This document shows, piece after piece, positions 12,437 to 24,666 of a DNA stretch of 55,534 nt. The notes beneath the pieces were generated by a model, which saw only the letters and a list, made by a program, of their open reading frames with translations, searched no databases and was not told the DNA's origin. Position 1 is the first letter of the stretch, and each line of letters begins with the position of its first letter. The DNA lies in contig PTKX01000006.1 of NCBI GenBank assembly GCA_002938195.1, forward strand, positions 1 to 55,534, given 5' to 3'. The position numbers and the translations under genes were made by a program. The stretch is from Alphaproteobacteria bacterium MarineAlpha5_Bin7 (GTDB lineage: Bacteria > Pseudomonadota > Alphaproteobacteria > HIMB59 > GCA-002718135).

Positions 12437-14512
12437 ATGTCAAGATCCCATCCAATAGAAAAATATAGAAACATAGGGATCATAGCTCATATTGATGCGG
12501 GCAAAACTACCACTACTGAAAGAATATTATATTATACCGGCAAATCTCACAAAATAGGTGAAGTTCATGATGGAGCGGCTACAATGGATTGGATGGAGCA
12601 GGAGCAAGAAAGAGGTATCACAATAACTTCTGCAGCTACCACTTGTTTTTGGAATGATCATAGAGTTAATATTATAGATACTCCAGGTCACGTTGACTTT
12701 ACTATTGAAGTAGAGAGATCTTTAAAAGTATTAGATGGAGCTGTTGTCGTTTTTGACGGAGTAGCAGGTGTTGAACCACAATCGGAGACAGTTTGGAGAC
12801 AGGCAGATAAATATAATGTTCCCCGTATGTGTTTTGTAAATAAACTAGATAGAACTGGTGCAAATTTTTTTATGACCGTTGACATGATCAGCGATAGATT
12901 AGGAGCCTATCCTTTGGTTACGCAACTACCTATAGGTATTGAAAGTGATTTAAAAGGGGTTGTTGATCTGGTTTTACAAAAAGGAATAGTTTGGAAAGAT
13001 GAAAAACTTGGAGCCGAATTTGAAATAGTTGATATTCCTGAAGATCTTGTAGATCAAGCAAAAGAATATAGAGAAAAATTAATTGAAAAGGCTGTTGAAG
13101 AAGATGATCAAATAATGGAAAATTATTTAGATGGAAAAGAACCAAGTTTAGAAGAAATTAAGAAATGTATTAGATTAGGCACAATCAAAGGTAATTTTGT
13201 TCCAATTTTAACTGGTTCAGCTTTTAAAAATAAAGGTGTTCAGCCATTGTTGGATGCGGTTATAGACTATTTACCTTCTCCAATGGATGTTGATAGCGTT
13301 AAAGGAATTAGTTTAAATGATGAAAAAGAACTTACTAGAAAATGTGATGATTCGGCGCCATTTAGTGCTTTAGCTTTTAAAATTATGACCGACCCTTTTG
13401 TTGGAAGTTTAACTTTTGCAAGAATTTATTCTGGTACAATTAATACCAAAGATTCAGTTTTAAATTCAACTTCTAACAAAAAAGAAACTATTGGCAGGAT
13501 GTTACTTATGCATGCCAATAATAGAGAAGAAATAAAGATAGCTCACTCCGGGGATGTTATTGCTTTAGTAGGATTAAAAGATGTTACTACAGGAGAAACT
13601 TTATGTGAAGTTAGTGATCCTATTGTTTTAGAAAAAATGGATTTTCCTGATCCTGTTATAGAAGTTGCAGTTGAGCCCAAAACTAAAGTAGATCATGAGA
13701 AAATGGGAGTAGCTTTAGGTAGACTTGCTCAGGAGGATCCAAGTTTTAGAGTTTCGACCGATGAAGAAAGTGGCCAAACCTTGATTAAGGGTATGGGCGA
13801 ACTCCATCTTGAAATTATTGTAGATAGAATGAAAAGAGAATTTAAAGTAGAAGCAAATGTTGGCGCACCTCAGGTAGCGTATAGGGAAACAATTTCTAAA
13901 TCCTACGATGTAGACTATACTCATAAAAAACAGTCTGGGGGAGCGGGTCAGTTTGCAAGAGTTAAAATATTATTTGAACCTGGAGATGCTGGAAGTGGTT
14001 ATGAATTTATTAATAAGATTAAAGGTGGAAATATTCCAACAGAATTTATACCAGGAGTACAAAAAGGATTAATAGCTCAGCAACAATCAGGAGTAATGGC
14101 AGGATATCCATGCATTGATTTTAAGGCAACTTTATATGATGGAGCATTTCATGATGTGGACTCAAGCGTTTTAGCTTTTGAAATTGCATCTCGTGCTGCT
14201 TTTAGAGAAGGAATAGCTAAAGCAAGTCCTAAACTTTTGGAGCCAATGATGAAAGTAGAGGTAGTAACGCCTGAAGAATATATGGGAGATGTTATTGGAG
14301 ATTTAAACAGTAGAAGAGGTCAAGTTCAAGAAATGAATACAAGAGGCAATGCAAATATTGTTAACGCAATGGTCCCTCTGGCTAACATGTTTGGATACGT
14401 TAATAATTTAAGGTCGCTAACTCAGGGAAGGGCTAACTATTCTATGGAATTTGATCATTATGAAGAAGTTCCATCAAATGTAGCTGAAGAAGTAAAGGCA
14501 AAATTAGCATAA
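12437..14512 (+). CDS. fusA: Elongation factor G
   Basis: [32 protein letters not shown]. Confidence 0.99.
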   Translation: MSRSHPIEKYRNIGIIAHIDAGKTTTTERILYYTGKSHKIGEVHDGAATMDWMEQEQERGITITSAATTCFWNDHRVNIIDTPGHVDFTIEVERSLKVLDGAVVVFDGVAGVEPQSETVWRQADKYNVPRMCFVNKLDRTGANFFMTVDMISDRLGAYPLVTQLPIGIESDLKGVVDLVLQKGIVWKDEKLGAEFEIVDIPEDLVDQAKEYREKLIEKAVEEDDQIMENYLDGKEPSLEEIKKCIRLGTIKGNFVPILTGSAFKNKGVQPLLDAVIDYLPSPMDVDSVKGISLNDEKELTRKCDDSAPFSALAFKIMTDPFVGSLTFARIYSGTINTKDSVLNSTSNKKETIGRMLLMHANNREEIKIAHSGDVIALVGLKDVTTGETLCEVSDPIVLEKMDFPDPVIEVAVEPKTKVDHEKMGVALGRLAQEDPSFRVSTDEESGQTLIKGMGELHLEIIVDRMKREFKVEANVGAPQVAYRETISKSYDVDYTHKKQSGGAGQFARVKILFEPGDAGSGYEFINKIKGGNIPTEFIPGVQKGLIAQQQSGVMAGYPCIDFKATLYDGAFHDVDSSVLAFEIASRAAFREGIAKASPKLLEPMMKVEVVTPEEYMGDVIGDLNSRRGQVQEMNTRGNANIVNAMVPLANMFGYVNNLRSLTQGRANYSMEFDHYEEVPSNVAEEVKAKLA

Positions 14513-14820
14513 TGGAAACACAAGATATTAGAATTAGGCTTAGAGCTTATGATAGTAAATTGCTTGATAATAGCGCTTTAGAAATAATAAATACTGCAAA
14601 AAGAACTGGAGCAAAAGTAAGAGGACCAATTCCCTTACCAACAAGAAATGAAAAATTTACAGTAAACAAATCTCCACATGTTGATAAAAAAAGTAGAGAT
14701 CAATTGGAAATAAGAACTCATAATAGATTGCTAGATATTATTGATCCAACACCACAGACAGTAGATGCATTAATGAAATTGGATTTGTCTGCAGGTGTAG
14801 AAGTAGATATAAAGATTTAA
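14512..14820 (+). CDS. rpsJ: 30S ribosomal protein S10
   Basis: [25 protein letters not shown]. Confidence 0.98.
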   Translation: METQDIRIRLRAYDSKLLDNSALEIINTAKRTGAKVRGPIPLPTRNEKFTVNKSPHVDKKSRDQLEIRTHNRLLDIIDPTPQTVDALMKLDLSAGVEVDIKI

Positions 14821-14821
14821 T

Positions 14822-15463
14822 ATGCGCACTGGTTTAATAGGAAAAAAAATTGGTAGTTCATCTTATTTTAATGAAGATGGATCAGTATCTCCTATTACAA
14901 TTGTAAAGGTGGAGGAATGTATTGTTTCTCAAGTGAAAACTAAAGATAAAGATGGTTATGATGCTATCCAATTAGCTAGTATTGAAGATAAGTTAAAAAT
15001 ATCCAAAATAAACAAACCTCAAAGAAAAATATTTACTTCTATTAATATTAAACCAAAAAGGGTTTTAAAAGAATTTAGAGTGAAAGAGGACAATCTTTTA
15101 GAAATAGGAACAAAGCTTGATGTTTCCCATTTTCAAAAAGACCAAATAGTAGATGTAACTGGAGTAAGTATTGGAAAAGGTTTTGCCGGCTCAATGAAAA
15201 GACATAATTTTGCTGGACTCAGAGCATCTCACGGTGTTTCAATCTCTCATAGAGCTCATGGTTCAACAGGGAATTGTCAAGATCCTGGAAGAGTGTTTAA
15301 AGGAAAAAAAATGGCAGGACATATGGGGGCAAAAAAAGTTACAAAACATAATTTAAAGATAATTGACATTGACGAAAATAATAAAATAATTTCTATCAAA
15401 GGTTCGATTCCAGGAAAAAACAATAGTGTCGTATTTATAAAAGACGCAATTAAAAAGAAGTAG
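14822..15463 (+). CDS. rplC: 50S ribosomal protein L3
   Basis: GKGFAGSMKRHNF, PGRVFKGKKMAGHMG. Confidence 0.98.
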   Translation: MRTGLIGKKIGSSSYFNEDGSVSPITIVKVEECIVSQVKTKDKDGYDAIQLASIEDKLKISKINKPQRKIFTSINIKPKRVLKEFRVKEDNLLEIGTKLDVSHFQKDQIVDVTGVSIGKGFAGSMKRHNFAGLRASHGVSISHRAHGSTGNCQDPGRVFKGKKMAGHMGAKKVTKHNLKIIDIDENNKIISIKGSIPGKNNSVVFIKDAIKKK

Positions 15464-15466
15464 AAT

Positions 15467-16090
15467 ATGAAAAAGCAAGTAGTAAATTTAATGAATAAAA
15501 AAGTTTCAGAAATAGAACTTCCTGAGTCAATTTTTAGCTTGAAGGTTTTTCCTGATTTACTACATCAATATATTCGCTATCAAGGAGCAAAAAATAGACA
15601 GGGATCGCATAAAACTAAAACGAGATCAGAGGTAAGTGGAAGAGCAAAAAAACCTTTTTCTCAAAAAGGAACTGGAAATGCAAGACAAGGTAGTTCAAAA
15701 CCTCCAAATTTTAGAGGAGGAGCTGTTTCAATGGGTCCCAATAATAGAGATCATTCATTTAATTTAAATAAAAAAGAAAAATTACTTGCTTTAAAATGTG
15801 CGTTGTCTGAAAAAATAAATAATGATCAAATTATTTTGGTAGATTCATTTGAAATAAAAAGTCATAAAACCAAAGATTTATCAAATTCTTTAAAGAATTT
15901 TAATTTTGACTCAGCTTTATTTATACATTCACATGAAAATAAAATTGAAAATTTTAGAAAAGCTTCATCAAATATTCCAAAACTTTCACTACTTTCTGAA
16001 AAAGGTTTAAATGTAAGAGATTTAATTTTGTTTGATAAGATATTTATTGAAGAGAGTTCTATCTCTCAAATTTCAAAGAGGTTATCATGA
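15467..16090 (+). CDS. rplD: 50S ribosomal protein L4
   Basis: KTRSEVSG, QKGTGNARQGS. Confidence 0.97.
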   Translation: MKKQVVNLMNKKVSEIELPESIFSLKVFPDLLHQYIRYQGAKNRQGSHKTKTRSEVSGRAKKPFSQKGTGNARQGSSKPPNFRGGAVSMGPNNRDHSFNLNKKEKLLALKCALSEKINNDQIILVDSFEIKSHKTKDLSNSLKNFNFDSALFIHSHENKIENFRKASSNIPKLSLLSEKGLNVRDLILFDKIFIEESSISQISKRLS

Positions 16091-16407
16091 AAAAATATAC
16101 TATTTCTGATATTTCTGATGAAAGAGCACTTAGCATTATTAAAAAACCATTAATGACTGAGAAATCAACTAATTTAAATCAATATAATCAGTATTCATTT
16201 GTTGTTGCAAATGATTCAAATTCTTTTGAAATTAAACAGGCAATAGAAAAAGTTTTTAAGGTTAAAGTAATTAAAGTTAACACTTCAATTACTTTTGGAA
16301 AACCAAAAACATTTAAAGGAAATTTTGGATATAAAAAGAATTATAAAAAAGCAATTGTAACCCTGGCTGAGGGTAATACAATTGACTCTTCATTGGAGAT
16401 AAAATGA
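16087..16407 (+). CDS. rplW: 50S ribosomal protein L23
   Basis: [29 protein letters not shown]; synteny. Confidence 0.95.
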   Translation: MKKYTISDISDERALSIIKKPLMTEKSTNLNQYNQYSFVVANDSNSFEIKQAIEKVFKVKVIKVNTSITFGKPKTFKGNFGYKKNYKKAIVTLAEGNTIDSSLEIK

Positions 16408-17228
16408 GTTTAAAGTTTTTAAAACCAACAACTCCTGGACAAAGAGGCACAGTTTTAGTTGATAAATCTCATCTTTGGAAAGGCAATCCATTAAAGAAAT
16501 TAATTTCTAAATCAAAATCTACAGGCGGTAGAAATAATCAAGGAAAAATTACCTCGCGCAGAATGGGCAAGGGGGCTAAAAGAAAATACAGAATAATAGA
16601 TTTTAAAAGAGATAAATTTGATGTTTATGGTGAAGTAACTAGAATAGAATATGATCCTAATCGTTCAGCCTTCATTAACTTAATTAAATATGAAGATGGA
16701 GAATTTAGATATATTTTATCGCCCCAAGGAATTTCTATCGGTGATAAAATTATATCAAGCCAAAAAGCGGACATAAAAGAAGGAAATTCATTGCCTATTA
16801 AAAATATTCCAAATGGAACTAACATTCATAATATTGAACTTAAACCTGGGGCTGGAGGTCAATTGGTGAGATCAGCTGGTACTTCTGCTCAAATATTATC
16901 AAAAGAAGAAATATTTGCCCAAATCAAATTAGTTTCTGGAGAAATACGTCTGGTAAATAAAAATTGCTTTGCCACGATTGGTGTTGTTTCTAACCCTGAT
17001 AATAAGAATGTAAAATTGGGTAAAGCTGGAAGAAAAAGACATTTAGGTTTTAGGCCAAAAGTAAGAGGAGTAGTTATGAACCCTGTGGATCATCCACATG
17101 GAGGAGGAGAAGGAAGAACTTCTGGAGGAAGGCATCCCGTTACTCCTTGGGGAAAATCTACTAAGGGCAAAAAAACTCGTAATAATAAAAAAACAAATAT
17201 GTTTATTTTAAAAAGAAGGAAAAAATAA
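16404..17228 (+). CDS. rplB: 50S ribosomal protein L2
   Basis: [22 protein letters not shown]. Confidence 0.99.
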   Translation: MSLKFLKPTTPGQRGTVLVDKSHLWKGNPLKKLISKSKSTGGRNNQGKITSRRMGKGAKRKYRIIDFKRDKFDVYGEVTRIEYDPNRSAFINLIKYEDGEFRYILSPQGISIGDKIISSQKADIKEGNSLPIKNIPNGTNIHNIELKPGAGGQLVRSAGTSAQILSKEEIFAQIKLVSGEIRLVNKNCFATIGVVSNPDNKNVKLGKAGRKRHLGFRPKVRGVVMNPVDHPHGGGEGRTSGGRHPVTPWGKSTKGKKTRNNKKTNMFILKRRKK

Positions 17229-17521
17229 TGGCTAGGTCTGTTTGGAAAGGTCCTTTTGTTGATATAACGCTTATTAAAAAAGCTGAAAAAATTTCTGAAT
17301 CAGGGAAAAAACAAGTTATAAAAACATGGTCTAGAAGATCTACTATTTTACCTCAATTTGTTGGATTAACATTTGGTGTTTATAATGGACAAAAATTTAT
17401 TCCAGTATTTGTTACAGAAAATATGGTTGGTCACAAATTAGGAGAATTTTCTCCAACAAGAAATTTTAAAGGGCATACAGCTGCAGATAAAAAAGTAACC
17501 TCAACACCCTCTAAGGATTAA
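17228..17521 (+). CDS. rpsS: 30S ribosomal protein S19
   Basis: [22 protein letters not shown]. Confidence 0.98.
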   Translation: MARSVWKGPFVDITLIKKAEKISESGKKQVIKTWSRRSTILPQFVGLTFGVYNGQKFIPVFVTENMVGHKLGEFSPTRNFKGHTAADKKVTSTPSKD

Positions 17522-17523
17522 TT

Positions 17524-17928
17524 ATGTCCAATAATTCTTCAGTAATAGCAAAAGATAATACGATACGAGTTAGCACTTATAAACTTAAAAATATTGCAAA
17601 TTTAATTGTAAATTTAAATGTTAATAAAGCTGTGAATCAATTAAAATTTTCCAATAAGAGAGTTTCATTGCCAGTATTAAAAGTTTTAAACTCAGCTATA
17701 GCTAATGCTGAAAACAATAATCAGATGGATATAGATAATCTATTTGTAAAAGAAGCTTTCGTTGGAAAAAGCTTAACAATGAAAAGATTTAGACCGCGAG
17801 CTAAAGGAAGAGCCACATCAATATTAAAACCTTTTAGTAAATTAACTATAATATTAGAAGAAAGAATAAGTAAAAAAGAAAATAAACAAAAAATAACAAA
17901 TAAAAAGACAAAGAAAGGAAATAAATAA
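17524..17928 (+). CDS. rplV: 50S ribosomal protein L22
   Basis: [20 protein letters not shown]; Lys-rich C-terminal tail. Confidence 0.96.
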   Translation: MSNNSSVIAKDNTIRVSTYKLKNIANLIVNLNVNKAVNQLKFSNKRVSLPVLKVLNSAIANAENNNQMDIDNLFVKEAFVGKSLTMKRFRPRAKGRATSILKPFSKLTIILEERISKKENKQKITNKKTKKGNK

Positions 17929-17933
17929 TAGTC

Positions 17934-18611
17934 ATGGGTCAAAAAGTTAATCCAAATGGTTTAAGATTAGGAATTAATAGAACTTGGTTATCTAGATGGT
18001 TTTCTAAAAAAGAATATTCTAAGTTATTACATGAAGATTTAGAAATAAAGAAATACGTTGAGTCCAAGTTATCTTCTGCAAGTATATCAAAGATTGTTAT
18101 TGAAAGAGCTGCAAAAAAATTACGTTTGACAATTTATAGTTCTAAACCAGGTATAATCATCGGTAAAAAAGGTACAGATATTGAATCATTAAAAAATAAA
18201 TTAACTGCTATGACTAATTTAGAGATCTTTTTAGACATTAAAGAAGTTAGAAAACCAGAGGTAGAAGCTAAATTAGTAGCAGAAAATATTGCAAATCAGT
18301 TAGAAAAAAGAATTTCATTTAGAAGAGCAATGAAGAAAGCAGTTCAATCTTCAATGAGACTAGGTGCTAAAGGAGTTAAAGTTGTATGTAGTGGAAGATT
18401 AGGCGGAGCTGAAATCGCTAGAACGGAAAAATATCATGAAGGTAGTGTTCCTTTGCATACTCTTAGAAGTGATATAGACTATGCTACTGCTGAAGCAGAA
18501 ACAACATATGGTATATGTGGAATAAAAGTTTGGATTAACAAAGGGGAAATTTTATCAAAAGATCCCTACGCAAGTGAAAAAAACCAAGTTGAACAAGGAA
18601 GTATAAGATAA
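17934..18611 (+). CDS. rpsC: 30S ribosomal protein S3
   Basis: [30 protein letters not shown]. Confidence 0.98.
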   Translation: MGQKVNPNGLRLGINRTWLSRWFSKKEYSKLLHEDLEIKKYVESKLSSASISKIVIERAAKKLRLTIYSSKPGIIIGKKGTDIESLKNKLTAMTNLEIFLDIKEVRKPEVEAKLVAENIANQLEKRISFRRAMKKAVQSSMRLGAKGVKVVCSGRLGGAEIARTEKYHEGSVPLHTLRSDIDYATAEAETTYGICGIKVWINKGEILSKDPYASEKNQVEQGSIR

Positions 18612-19027
18612 TGAATATGCTGTCTCCAAAAAAAACTAAGTTTAGAAAACAATTTAAAGGCAGGATTCATGGCAATGCAAAAGGTAATTATGCTTTACAC
18701 TATGGAAGTTATGGTTTGAAGGCATTACAACCTGAAAGAATTACATCTAGGCAAATTGAATCAGCAAGAAAAGCTATTACTAGATATCTAAAAAGAGCAG
18801 GCAAAATGTGGATTAGAATATTTCCTGATGTGCCTGTTTCAAAAAAACCAGCAGAAGTAAGGATGGGTAAAGGTAAAGGTTCTAATGAATTCTGGGCTTG
18901 TAGAGTAAAACCAGGTAGAATTATGTTTGAAGTAGATGGAGTTGGAATTGAAGAAGCTAAAAAAGCAATGACATTAGCAGCCGCGAAATTACCAATAAAA
19001 TGTAAATTTGTTGAAAGAAATATATAA
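18611..19027 (+). CDS. rplP: 50S ribosomal protein L16 (alternative start 18617)
   Basis: [19 protein letters not shown]. Confidence 0.98.
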   Translation: MNMLSPKKTKFRKQFKGRIHGNAKGNYALHYGSYGLKALQPERITSRQIESARKAITRYLKRAGKMWIRIFPDVPVSKKPAEVRMGKGKGSNEFWACRVKPGRIMFEVDGVGIEEAKKAMTLAAAKLPIKCKFVERNI

Positions 19028-19224
19028 TGAATGCAAAAACAAAAAAAATTGAAAGTAAGAATATAAAATCTGAAATTGGTTTGCTAAAAAAATCTTTATT
19101 AAATCTTAGATTTCAAAGATCTACAGGACAACTAGAAAAGACTTCAGAAATAAAAAAAGTTAGAAGAAAAATAGCTTCTTTAAAAACAAGTATTACTCAA
19201 CAGAAAGGCCTAAAAAATGCCTAA
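19027..19224 (+). CDS. rpmC: 50S ribosomal protein L29
   Basis: [21 protein letters not shown]; synteny. Confidence 0.92.
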   Translation: MNAKTKKIESKNIKSEIGLLKKSLLNLRFQRSTGQLEKTSEIKKVRRKIASLKTSITQQKGLKNA

Positions 19225-19477
19225 AAGAATTTTATCTGGCAAAGTTGTTTCTTCTAATAGCAATAAAACTATAGTTGTACAAGTAGAGAGAAGAGTTAAG
19301 CATAAAATGTATAAAAAAATTATTAAAAGGGCAAAAAAATATCATGCACACGATGAAAATAATCAATATAAAATTGGCGATATGGTTACAATTCAAGAGT
19401 CTAAACCAATTTCAAAAATGAAATCATGGATTGTGTATCAAAATGAATTTCAAAAAGAAAAAGAGGAATCTAAATGA
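19217..19477 (+). CDS. rpsQ: 30S ribosomal protein S17
   Basis: [25 protein letters not shown]. Confidence 0.96.
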   Translation: MPKRILSGKVVSSNSNKTIVVQVERRVKHKMYKKIIKRAKKYHAHDENNQYKIGDMVTIQESKPISKMKSWIVYQNEFQKEKEESK

Positions 19478-19842
19478 TACAAATGCAATCAAATTTATTT
19501 GTTGCTGATAATTCTGGTGCAAGAAAAATACAATGCATTAAGGTGTTAGGAGGCTCAAAAAGAAGATCAGCCTCTATAGGTGATATAATAGTTGTTTCCA
19601 TAAAAGATGCCATACCAAGAGGAAAAGTAAAAAAAGGTGAAGTATTTAAAGCAGTAATAGTAAGAACAAAAAAAGATTTTTGCAGATCAGATGGCACAGT
19701 GATAAGGTTTGATAAAAATGCAGCTGTACTATTAGATAAACAAGAAGAGCCAATAGCGACTCGAATTTTTGGTCCTGTAACTAGAGAATTAAGAAGTAAA
19801 AAATTTATGAAAATAATTAGTTTAGCTCCAGAGGTAATATAA
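19474..19842 (+). CDS. rplN: 50S ribosomal protein L14
   Basis: [27 protein letters not shown]. Confidence 0.98.
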   Translation: MIQMQSNLFVADNSGARKIQCIKVLGGSKRRSASIGDIIVVSIKDAIPRGKVKKGEVFKAVIVRTKKDFCRSDGTVIRFDKNAAVLLDKQEEPIATRIFGPVTRELRSKKFMKIISLAPEVI

Positions 19843-20160
19843 ATGAATTTTAAAATTAAATTAAAAAAGGGCGATGAAGTTATTGTTCTTGCTGGGAAGG
19901 ATAAAGGAAAAACAGGAAAGATTTCTTCGGTAATTCCAAAAAAAAATAAGGCAGTAGTATCTGGTATCAATAAAGTAAAAAAACACCAAAAACCTGACAA
20001 TAATCAGGCAGGAGGAATCATTGATAAAGAAATGCCAATTCATATCTCTAATTTATCATTTTATGATAATTCTCTTAAAAAAGGAGTACGAATAGGTATC
20101 AAGATTAATGAAAAAAATAAAAAAGTTAGATTTAATAAACAAAATCAAAAGGAAGTATAA
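19843..20160 (+). CDS. rplX: 50S ribosomal protein L24
   Basis: [16 protein letters not shown] (KOW), PIHISN. Confidence 0.97.
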   Translation: MNFKIKLKKGDEVIVLAGKDKGKTGKISSVIPKKNKAVVSGINKVKKHQKPDNNQAGGIIDKEMPIHISNLSFYDNSLKKGVRIGIKINEKNKKVRFNKQNQKEV

Positions 20161-20162
20161 TT

Positions 20163-20714
20163 GTGAATAGACTGTTAGAGGATTTTAAAAATACCATCAA
20201 ACCTAAATTAATGGAAAAATTTGAATACAAAAACATCCATCAAATTCCTAAGATTACTAAAATTGTTTTAAATATGGGAATAGGAGATGCAAAAGAAGAC
20301 TCAAAAATACTTGATAAAGCCCAAGAAGAATTAACTTTAATTGCAGGACAAAAAGCTGTTAAAACTAAAGCAAAAAAAGCAATTGCAGGATTTAAAATTA
20401 GAGAAGGAATGGCTCTTGGTGTCAGTGTAATTCTAAGAAATAAAATTATGTATGAATTCTTAGATAGACTTATTAATATTGCAATGCCTAGAATAAGAGA
20501 TTTCAGGGGTCTCAATCCAAAAAGTTTTGATGGTAATGGAAATTTTACAATGGGAATAAAGGAACAAATAATTTTTCCAGAAATTAATTATGATAAAGTT
20601 GATAAAGTTAGAGGCTTAGATATAACTATTTGCACATCAGCAAAAAACAATATTGAAGCTTTGGAGCTTTTAAAAAGTTTTAACATGCCTTTTCCGGCAG
20701 AAAATAACAAGTAG
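20163..20714 (+). CDS. rplE: 50S ribosomal protein L5
   Basis: [23 protein letters not shown]; GTG start. Confidence 0.98.
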   Translation: MNRLLEDFKNTIKPKLMEKFEYKNIHQIPKITKIVLNMGIGDAKEDSKILDKAQEELTLIAGQKAVKTKAKKAIAGFKIREGMALGVSVILRNKIMYEFLDRLINIAMPRIRDFRGLNPKSFDGNGNFTMGIKEQIIFPEINYDKVDKVRGLDITICTSAKNNIEALELLKSFNMPFPAENNK

Positions 20715-20721
20715 GTAAAAT

Positions 20722-21027
20722 ATGGCAAAACAAAGTTCTATTCAAAAAAATCTAAACAGAAAAAATCTGGTTTTAAAATTTAATAGCAGAAGAAAAAAAC
20801 TTAAAAATCAAATAATGAAAAAAGATTTAACCTTGGAAGAAAGATTTAAAATTCAATCAAAACTAAATGATCTTCCTAGAAATAGTTCAAAAATTAGGAT
20901 TAGAAATAGATGCGAATTAACAGGTAGAACCAGAGGAGTTTACAGAAAATTTGGTCTATCTAGAATAAAAATCAGAGAATTATCAATGGCAGGTTCATTA
21001 CCTGGAGTTGTTAAATCTAGTTGGTGA
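20722..21027 (+). CDS. rpsN: 30S ribosomal protein S14 (long, Zn-free type)
   Basis: [21 protein letters not shown]; 101 aa. Confidence 0.97.
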   Translation: MAKQSSIQKNLNRKNLVLKFNSRRKKLKNQIMKKDLTLEERFKIQSKLNDLPRNSSKIRIRNRCELTGRTRGVYRKFGLSRIKIRELSMAGSLPGVVKSSW

Positions 21028-21037
21028 GGAGGAATTT

Positions 21038-21436
21038 ATGGCTTTTAATGATGCTTTATCTGATATGCTAGCAAGAATAAAAAATGCTCATAGAGCAAAC
21101 AAATCATTCACTTCTTGTTTTTGTTCAAAATTAAACTCTAATGTCTTAAGTGTTTTAAAAGATGAAGGATATATTAGAGACTTCCAAAATATTGAAATAA
21201 GAAAAGGTGTTAACAATATTAAAATAGAATTAAAATATCATAATGGCACTCCAGTTATAAAAAAAATTAAAAGAATTTCAAAACCTGGAATTAGAGTATA
21301 TTCTAAAATTAACGAATTACCCAAACCTTATGGAGGCTTAGGTATTTCAATTATTTCTACTCCCAAAGGTGTAATGTCAGACCAGCAAGCTAGAGCCAAT
21401 AATGTAGGTGGTGAAATTTTATGTGAGGTTTTCTAA
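21038..21436 (+). CDS. rpsH: 30S ribosomal protein S8 (start moved to ATG 21038)
   Basis: DMLARIKNA, RISKPGIRVY, STPKGVM; SD GAGGAGG upstream of 21038. Confidence 0.97.
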   Translation: MAFNDALSDMLARIKNAHRANKSFTSCFCSKLNSNVLSVLKDEGYIRDFQNIEIRKGVNNIKIELKYHNGTPVIKKIKRISKPGIRVYSKINELPKPYGGLGISIISTPKGVMSDQQARANNVGGEILCEVF

Positions 21437-21439
21437 TTT

Positions 21440-21973
21440 ATGTCAAGAATAGCTAAAAATAGTATTAAACTTCCAGAAGGAACTACTTGTAGTTTTGAGA
21501 ATAATACATTTTCTGTTAAAGGGAAATTAGGCGAGTCAAAATTGGCAATCAATCAACTTTTTGTTGTAAAGCAAGAAAATGATTCAATTATCGTGGTGCC
21601 AAAAGATGACAAAGATAAGGTTAATCCTATTTGGGGAACAACTCGTGCACATGTTGCTAATACAATCAGCGGTGTAAGTACAGGATTTTCTAAAACTTTA
21701 GAATTAAACGGTACAGGGTATCGCGCATCTGTTTCTGGATCTAAATTAAAATTACAATTAGGTTATAGTCATGATATTGATTATGAAATACCCAAAGAAG
21801 TAAAAATTGAGTGTCCTAAACAAAATATAATTAAAATTTCTAGCACAAATAAAGAAATATTGGGCGCGGTTGCAGCTAAAATTAGATCATATAGAAAACC
21901 AGAGCCATTCAAAGGAAAAGGCATTAAGTACAATAATGAGTTTATTTTTAGAAAAGAAGGAAAGAAAAAGTAA
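21440..21973 (+). CDS. rplF: 50S ribosomal protein L6
   Basis: GTGYRA, LGYSH, PEPFKGKGI. Confidence 0.98.
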   Translation: MSRIAKNSIKLPEGTTCSFENNTFSVKGKLGESKLAINQLFVVKQENDSIIVVPKDDKDKVNPIWGTTRAHVANTISGVSTGFSKTLELNGTGYRASVSGSKLKLQLGYSHDIDYEIPKEVKIECPKQNIIKISSTNKEILGAVAAKIRSYRKPEPFKGKGIKYNNEFIFRKEGKKK

Positions 21974-21976
21974 AAT

Positions 21977-22315
21977 ATGGAAAATCTTAAAAGACAAAAA
22001 AGGATTAGGTTTAAACTTAAAAAAGTTACAAAAAGGAAAAGACTTACTATTTTTAAATCTAATCATCATATACATGCTCAAATTATTAATGATGAATTAG
22101 GTGTAACTCTTGCAAGTGTTTCGTCTCTTGATAAAAATTACAAAGGTAAAAAAATTGAAAAAAAACAATTAGCTGAAGAATTGGGTAAAGAACTAGCTAA
22201 AAAATCAATTGATAATGGTATTAAGGAAGTAGCTTTTGATAAAGGAAAGTATAAATATCATGGGATAATAAAAATTTTTGCAGAAGCAGCAAGAGCGGGA
22301 GGACTAATCTTTTAA
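21977..22315 (+). CDS. rplR: 50S ribosomal protein L18
   Basis: HIHAQII, VAFDKG.YKYHG, AEAARAGGL. Confidence 0.95.
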   Translation: MENLKRQKRIRFKLKKVTKRKRLTIFKSNHHIHAQIINDELGVTLASVSSLDKNYKGKKIEKKQLAEELGKELAKKSIDNGIKEVAFDKGKYKYHGIIKIFAEAARAGGLIF

Positions 22316-22326
22316 AGTAGGAAAAT

Positions 22327-22845
22327 ATGTTTGAAAATGAGAATAAAGAATATACCGAACATCTTGTAACCATAAATAGGGTTGCAAAGGTTGTTAAAGG
22401 GGGAAGAAGGTTTGGATTTGCTGCAATTATGATAGTTGGAGATTCAAAAGGAAGAGTTGGTTATGGAACTGGTAAGGCAAAAGAAGTGCCAGAGGCCGTA
22501 AGAAAGGCAACCGAAAATGCAAAAAACAAAATGGTTAGAATATATTTGAAAGAAAATAGAACAATCTACCATGATATTGTAGGAAGATTTGGTGCAGGAA
22601 AAGTAATATTAAGATCAGCTGCCCCAGGAACAGGTATTATTGCTGGCGGTCCGATGAGATCATTGTTTGAATCTTTAGGAATAAAAGATATTGTAGCAAA
22701 ATCTACAGGAAGTTCTAACCCTCATAATATGATAAAAGCAACTTTTAATGCTTTGGTAGAATCAGAGTCCCCTAAAAGTGTAGCATCAAAAAGATCTAAA
22801 AAAATAAACGAACTTAATCCAAAAAAGGATTCCTTAAGCCAATGA
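22327..22845 (+). CDS. rpsE: 30S ribosomal protein S5
   Basis: [20 protein letters not shown]. Confidence 0.98.
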   Translation: MFENENKEYTEHLVTINRVAKVVKGGRRFGFAAIMIVGDSKGRVGYGTGKAKEVPEAVRKATENAKNKMVRIYLKENRTIYHDIVGRFGAGKVILRSAAPGTGIIAGGPMRSLFESLGIKDIVAKSTGSSNPHNMIKATFNALVESESPKSVASKRSKKINELNPKKDSLSQ

Positions 22846-23303
22846 AAATAAATCAATTAAAATCAAATCTTGTATCTCAAAAGAAAAGAAAAAGACTTGG
22901 CAGGGGCGCTGGCTCAGGAACTGGCAAAACTGCCGGAAGAGGTGTTAAAGGTCAAAAATCTAGATCAGGGGTATCTATTAATGGGTTTGAAGGAGGTCAA
23001 ATGCCACTTTATAGAAGACTTCCGAAAAGAGGTTTCAATAATTATTTTGCAAAAAAAATTCAATCGATAAATTTTAATCACATAGAAAATATAATGAAAA
23101 AATATGATGTTAAGGCTCAAGAAATCAAAGAATCTGTTTTGTTTGAAAAAAAAATATTTAATAAATCAAAAGGATCTCTAAAATTATTAAATAAAGGTGA
23201 ATTAAAAACTTCTATATCTATTGAAGTTTCTTATGCTTCAAAAAAAGCTATTGAAAAAGTTGAAAAACTTGGGGGTAGCGTATCTATAAAGAAAGCGAAA
23301 TAG
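22842..23303 (+). CDS. rplO: 50S ribosomal protein L15
   Basis: [32 protein letters not shown]. Confidence 0.98.
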   Translation: MKINQLKSNLVSQKKRKRLGRGAGSGTGKTAGRGVKGQKSRSGVSINGFEGGQMPLYRRLPKRGFNNYFAKKIQSINFNHIENIMKKYDVKAQEIKESVLFEKKIFNKSKGSLKLLNKGELKTSISIEVSYASKKAIEKVEKLGGSVSIKKAK

Positions 23304-23307
23304 AATA

Positions 23308-24663
23308 ATGGCTACTACTGCTGAAAAATTAGCTAACAATATGAACTTTGGCGCATTAGGAAAAGCTACTGAGCTTAGAAATAGATTACTATTTACTCTC
23401 GGAGCTTTAATAGTTTTTAGATTAGGAACATTTTTACCTATTCCAGGTATCAATCCACTTGCTTTACAACAATTTTTTGAACAACAGTCTTCAGGAATAT
23501 TAGGTGTATTTGATACTTTTTCTGGAGGAGCTCTTGGTAGAATGGGTATTTTTGCACTTGGCGTTATGCCATATATTTCAGCTTCAATTATAATGACTCT
23601 TATGCAGTCAAGTATACCCTATTTAAAATCATTAAAAGAACAAGGCTCAAAGGGCAGACGACAAATTATTCAATATTCAAGATATTTAACTGTGTTAATA
23701 GCAGCATTACAAGGATACGGCGTAGCTGTTGGTCTAGAATCTATGCAAACTAATTATGGAAATATAGTAATTAATCCAGGGCTTTTCTTTAAAATGACTA
23801 CAGTAGTGACATTGGTGGGAGGAACAGTTTTTTTGATGTGGTTAGGAGAGCAGATTTCATCAAGAGGAGTTGGAAACGGAATATCACTAATTATAACTGC
23901 TGGAATTATAGCTAATTTACCTAATGCAATCGTTAGCACTCTTCAATTAGGTAGAACTGGAGAATTAAGTGTTGCATTTATTTTGGCAATATTGATTTTG
24001 ATATTAGGCTTAATTATTTTTATTATATTTGTAGAAAAAGCTCAAAGAAGACTGCTTGTTCAATACCCAAAAAGACAAGTAGGAAATAAAGTATATGGCG
24101 GTCAAAGTTCTCATTTGCCCTTAAAAATAAATACAGCAGGGGTTATTCCTGTTATCTTTGCCTCTTCTATACTTTTATTGCCAAATACAATGTCTGGATT
24201 TGGCGCTGGATCCTCTAATGAAATGTTTCTAATGATTTCAAGTTACTTGGGAAGAGGTCAACCTTTATATATGCTATTTTTTGCTTTTATGATTATATTT
24301 TTTGCTTTTTTCTATACGGGTATTGTCTTTAATCCAGATGAACAAGCAGAAAATTTACGTAAATACGGAGGATTTATTCCAGGCATAAGACCAGGAGAAA
24401 ATACATCTGCTTACATTGATTATGTTCTAACAAGACTTACAACAGTTGGCGCTATTTATTTAACATTGGTAGCTTTATTGCCAGAATATTTGATATCTAA
24501 AACTTCTATTCCATTTTATTTAGGTGGAACTAGTTTATTAATAGTTGTTGTTGTAATGATAGATTTTATAGCTCAAGTGCAATCACATTTATTTCAACAC
24601 CAATATGAAGGTTTATTAAAGAAAACCAAATTAAAAGGTAGAGTAAAAATCCCAGGAGCTTAA
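23308..24663 (+). CDS. secY: Preprotein translocase subunit SecY
   Basis: LGVMPYISASII, GVGNGISL, FIPGIRPG, GGTSLLIVV. Confidence 0.99.
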   Translation: MATTAEKLANNMNFGALGKATELRNRLLFTLGALIVFRLGTFLPIPGINPLALQQFFEQQSSGILGVFDTFSGGALGRMGIFALGVMPYISASIIMTLMQSSIPYLKSLKEQGSKGRRQIIQYSRYLTVLIAALQGYGVAVGLESMQTNYGNIVINPGLFFKMTTVVTLVGGTVFLMWLGEQISSRGVGNGISLIITAGIIANLPNAIVSTLQLGRTGELSVAFILAILILILGLIIFIIFVEKAQRRLLVQYPKRQVGNKVYGGQSSHLPLKINTAGVIPVIFASSILLLPNTMSGFGAGSSNEMFLMISSYLGRGQPLYMLFFAFMIIFFAFFYTGIVFNPDEQAENLRKYGGFIPGIRPGENTSAYIDYVLTRLTTVGAIYLTLVALLPEYLISKTSIPFYLGGTSLLIVVVVMIDFIAQVQSHLFQHQYEGLLKKTKLKGRVKIPGA

Positions 24664-24666
24664 TTC

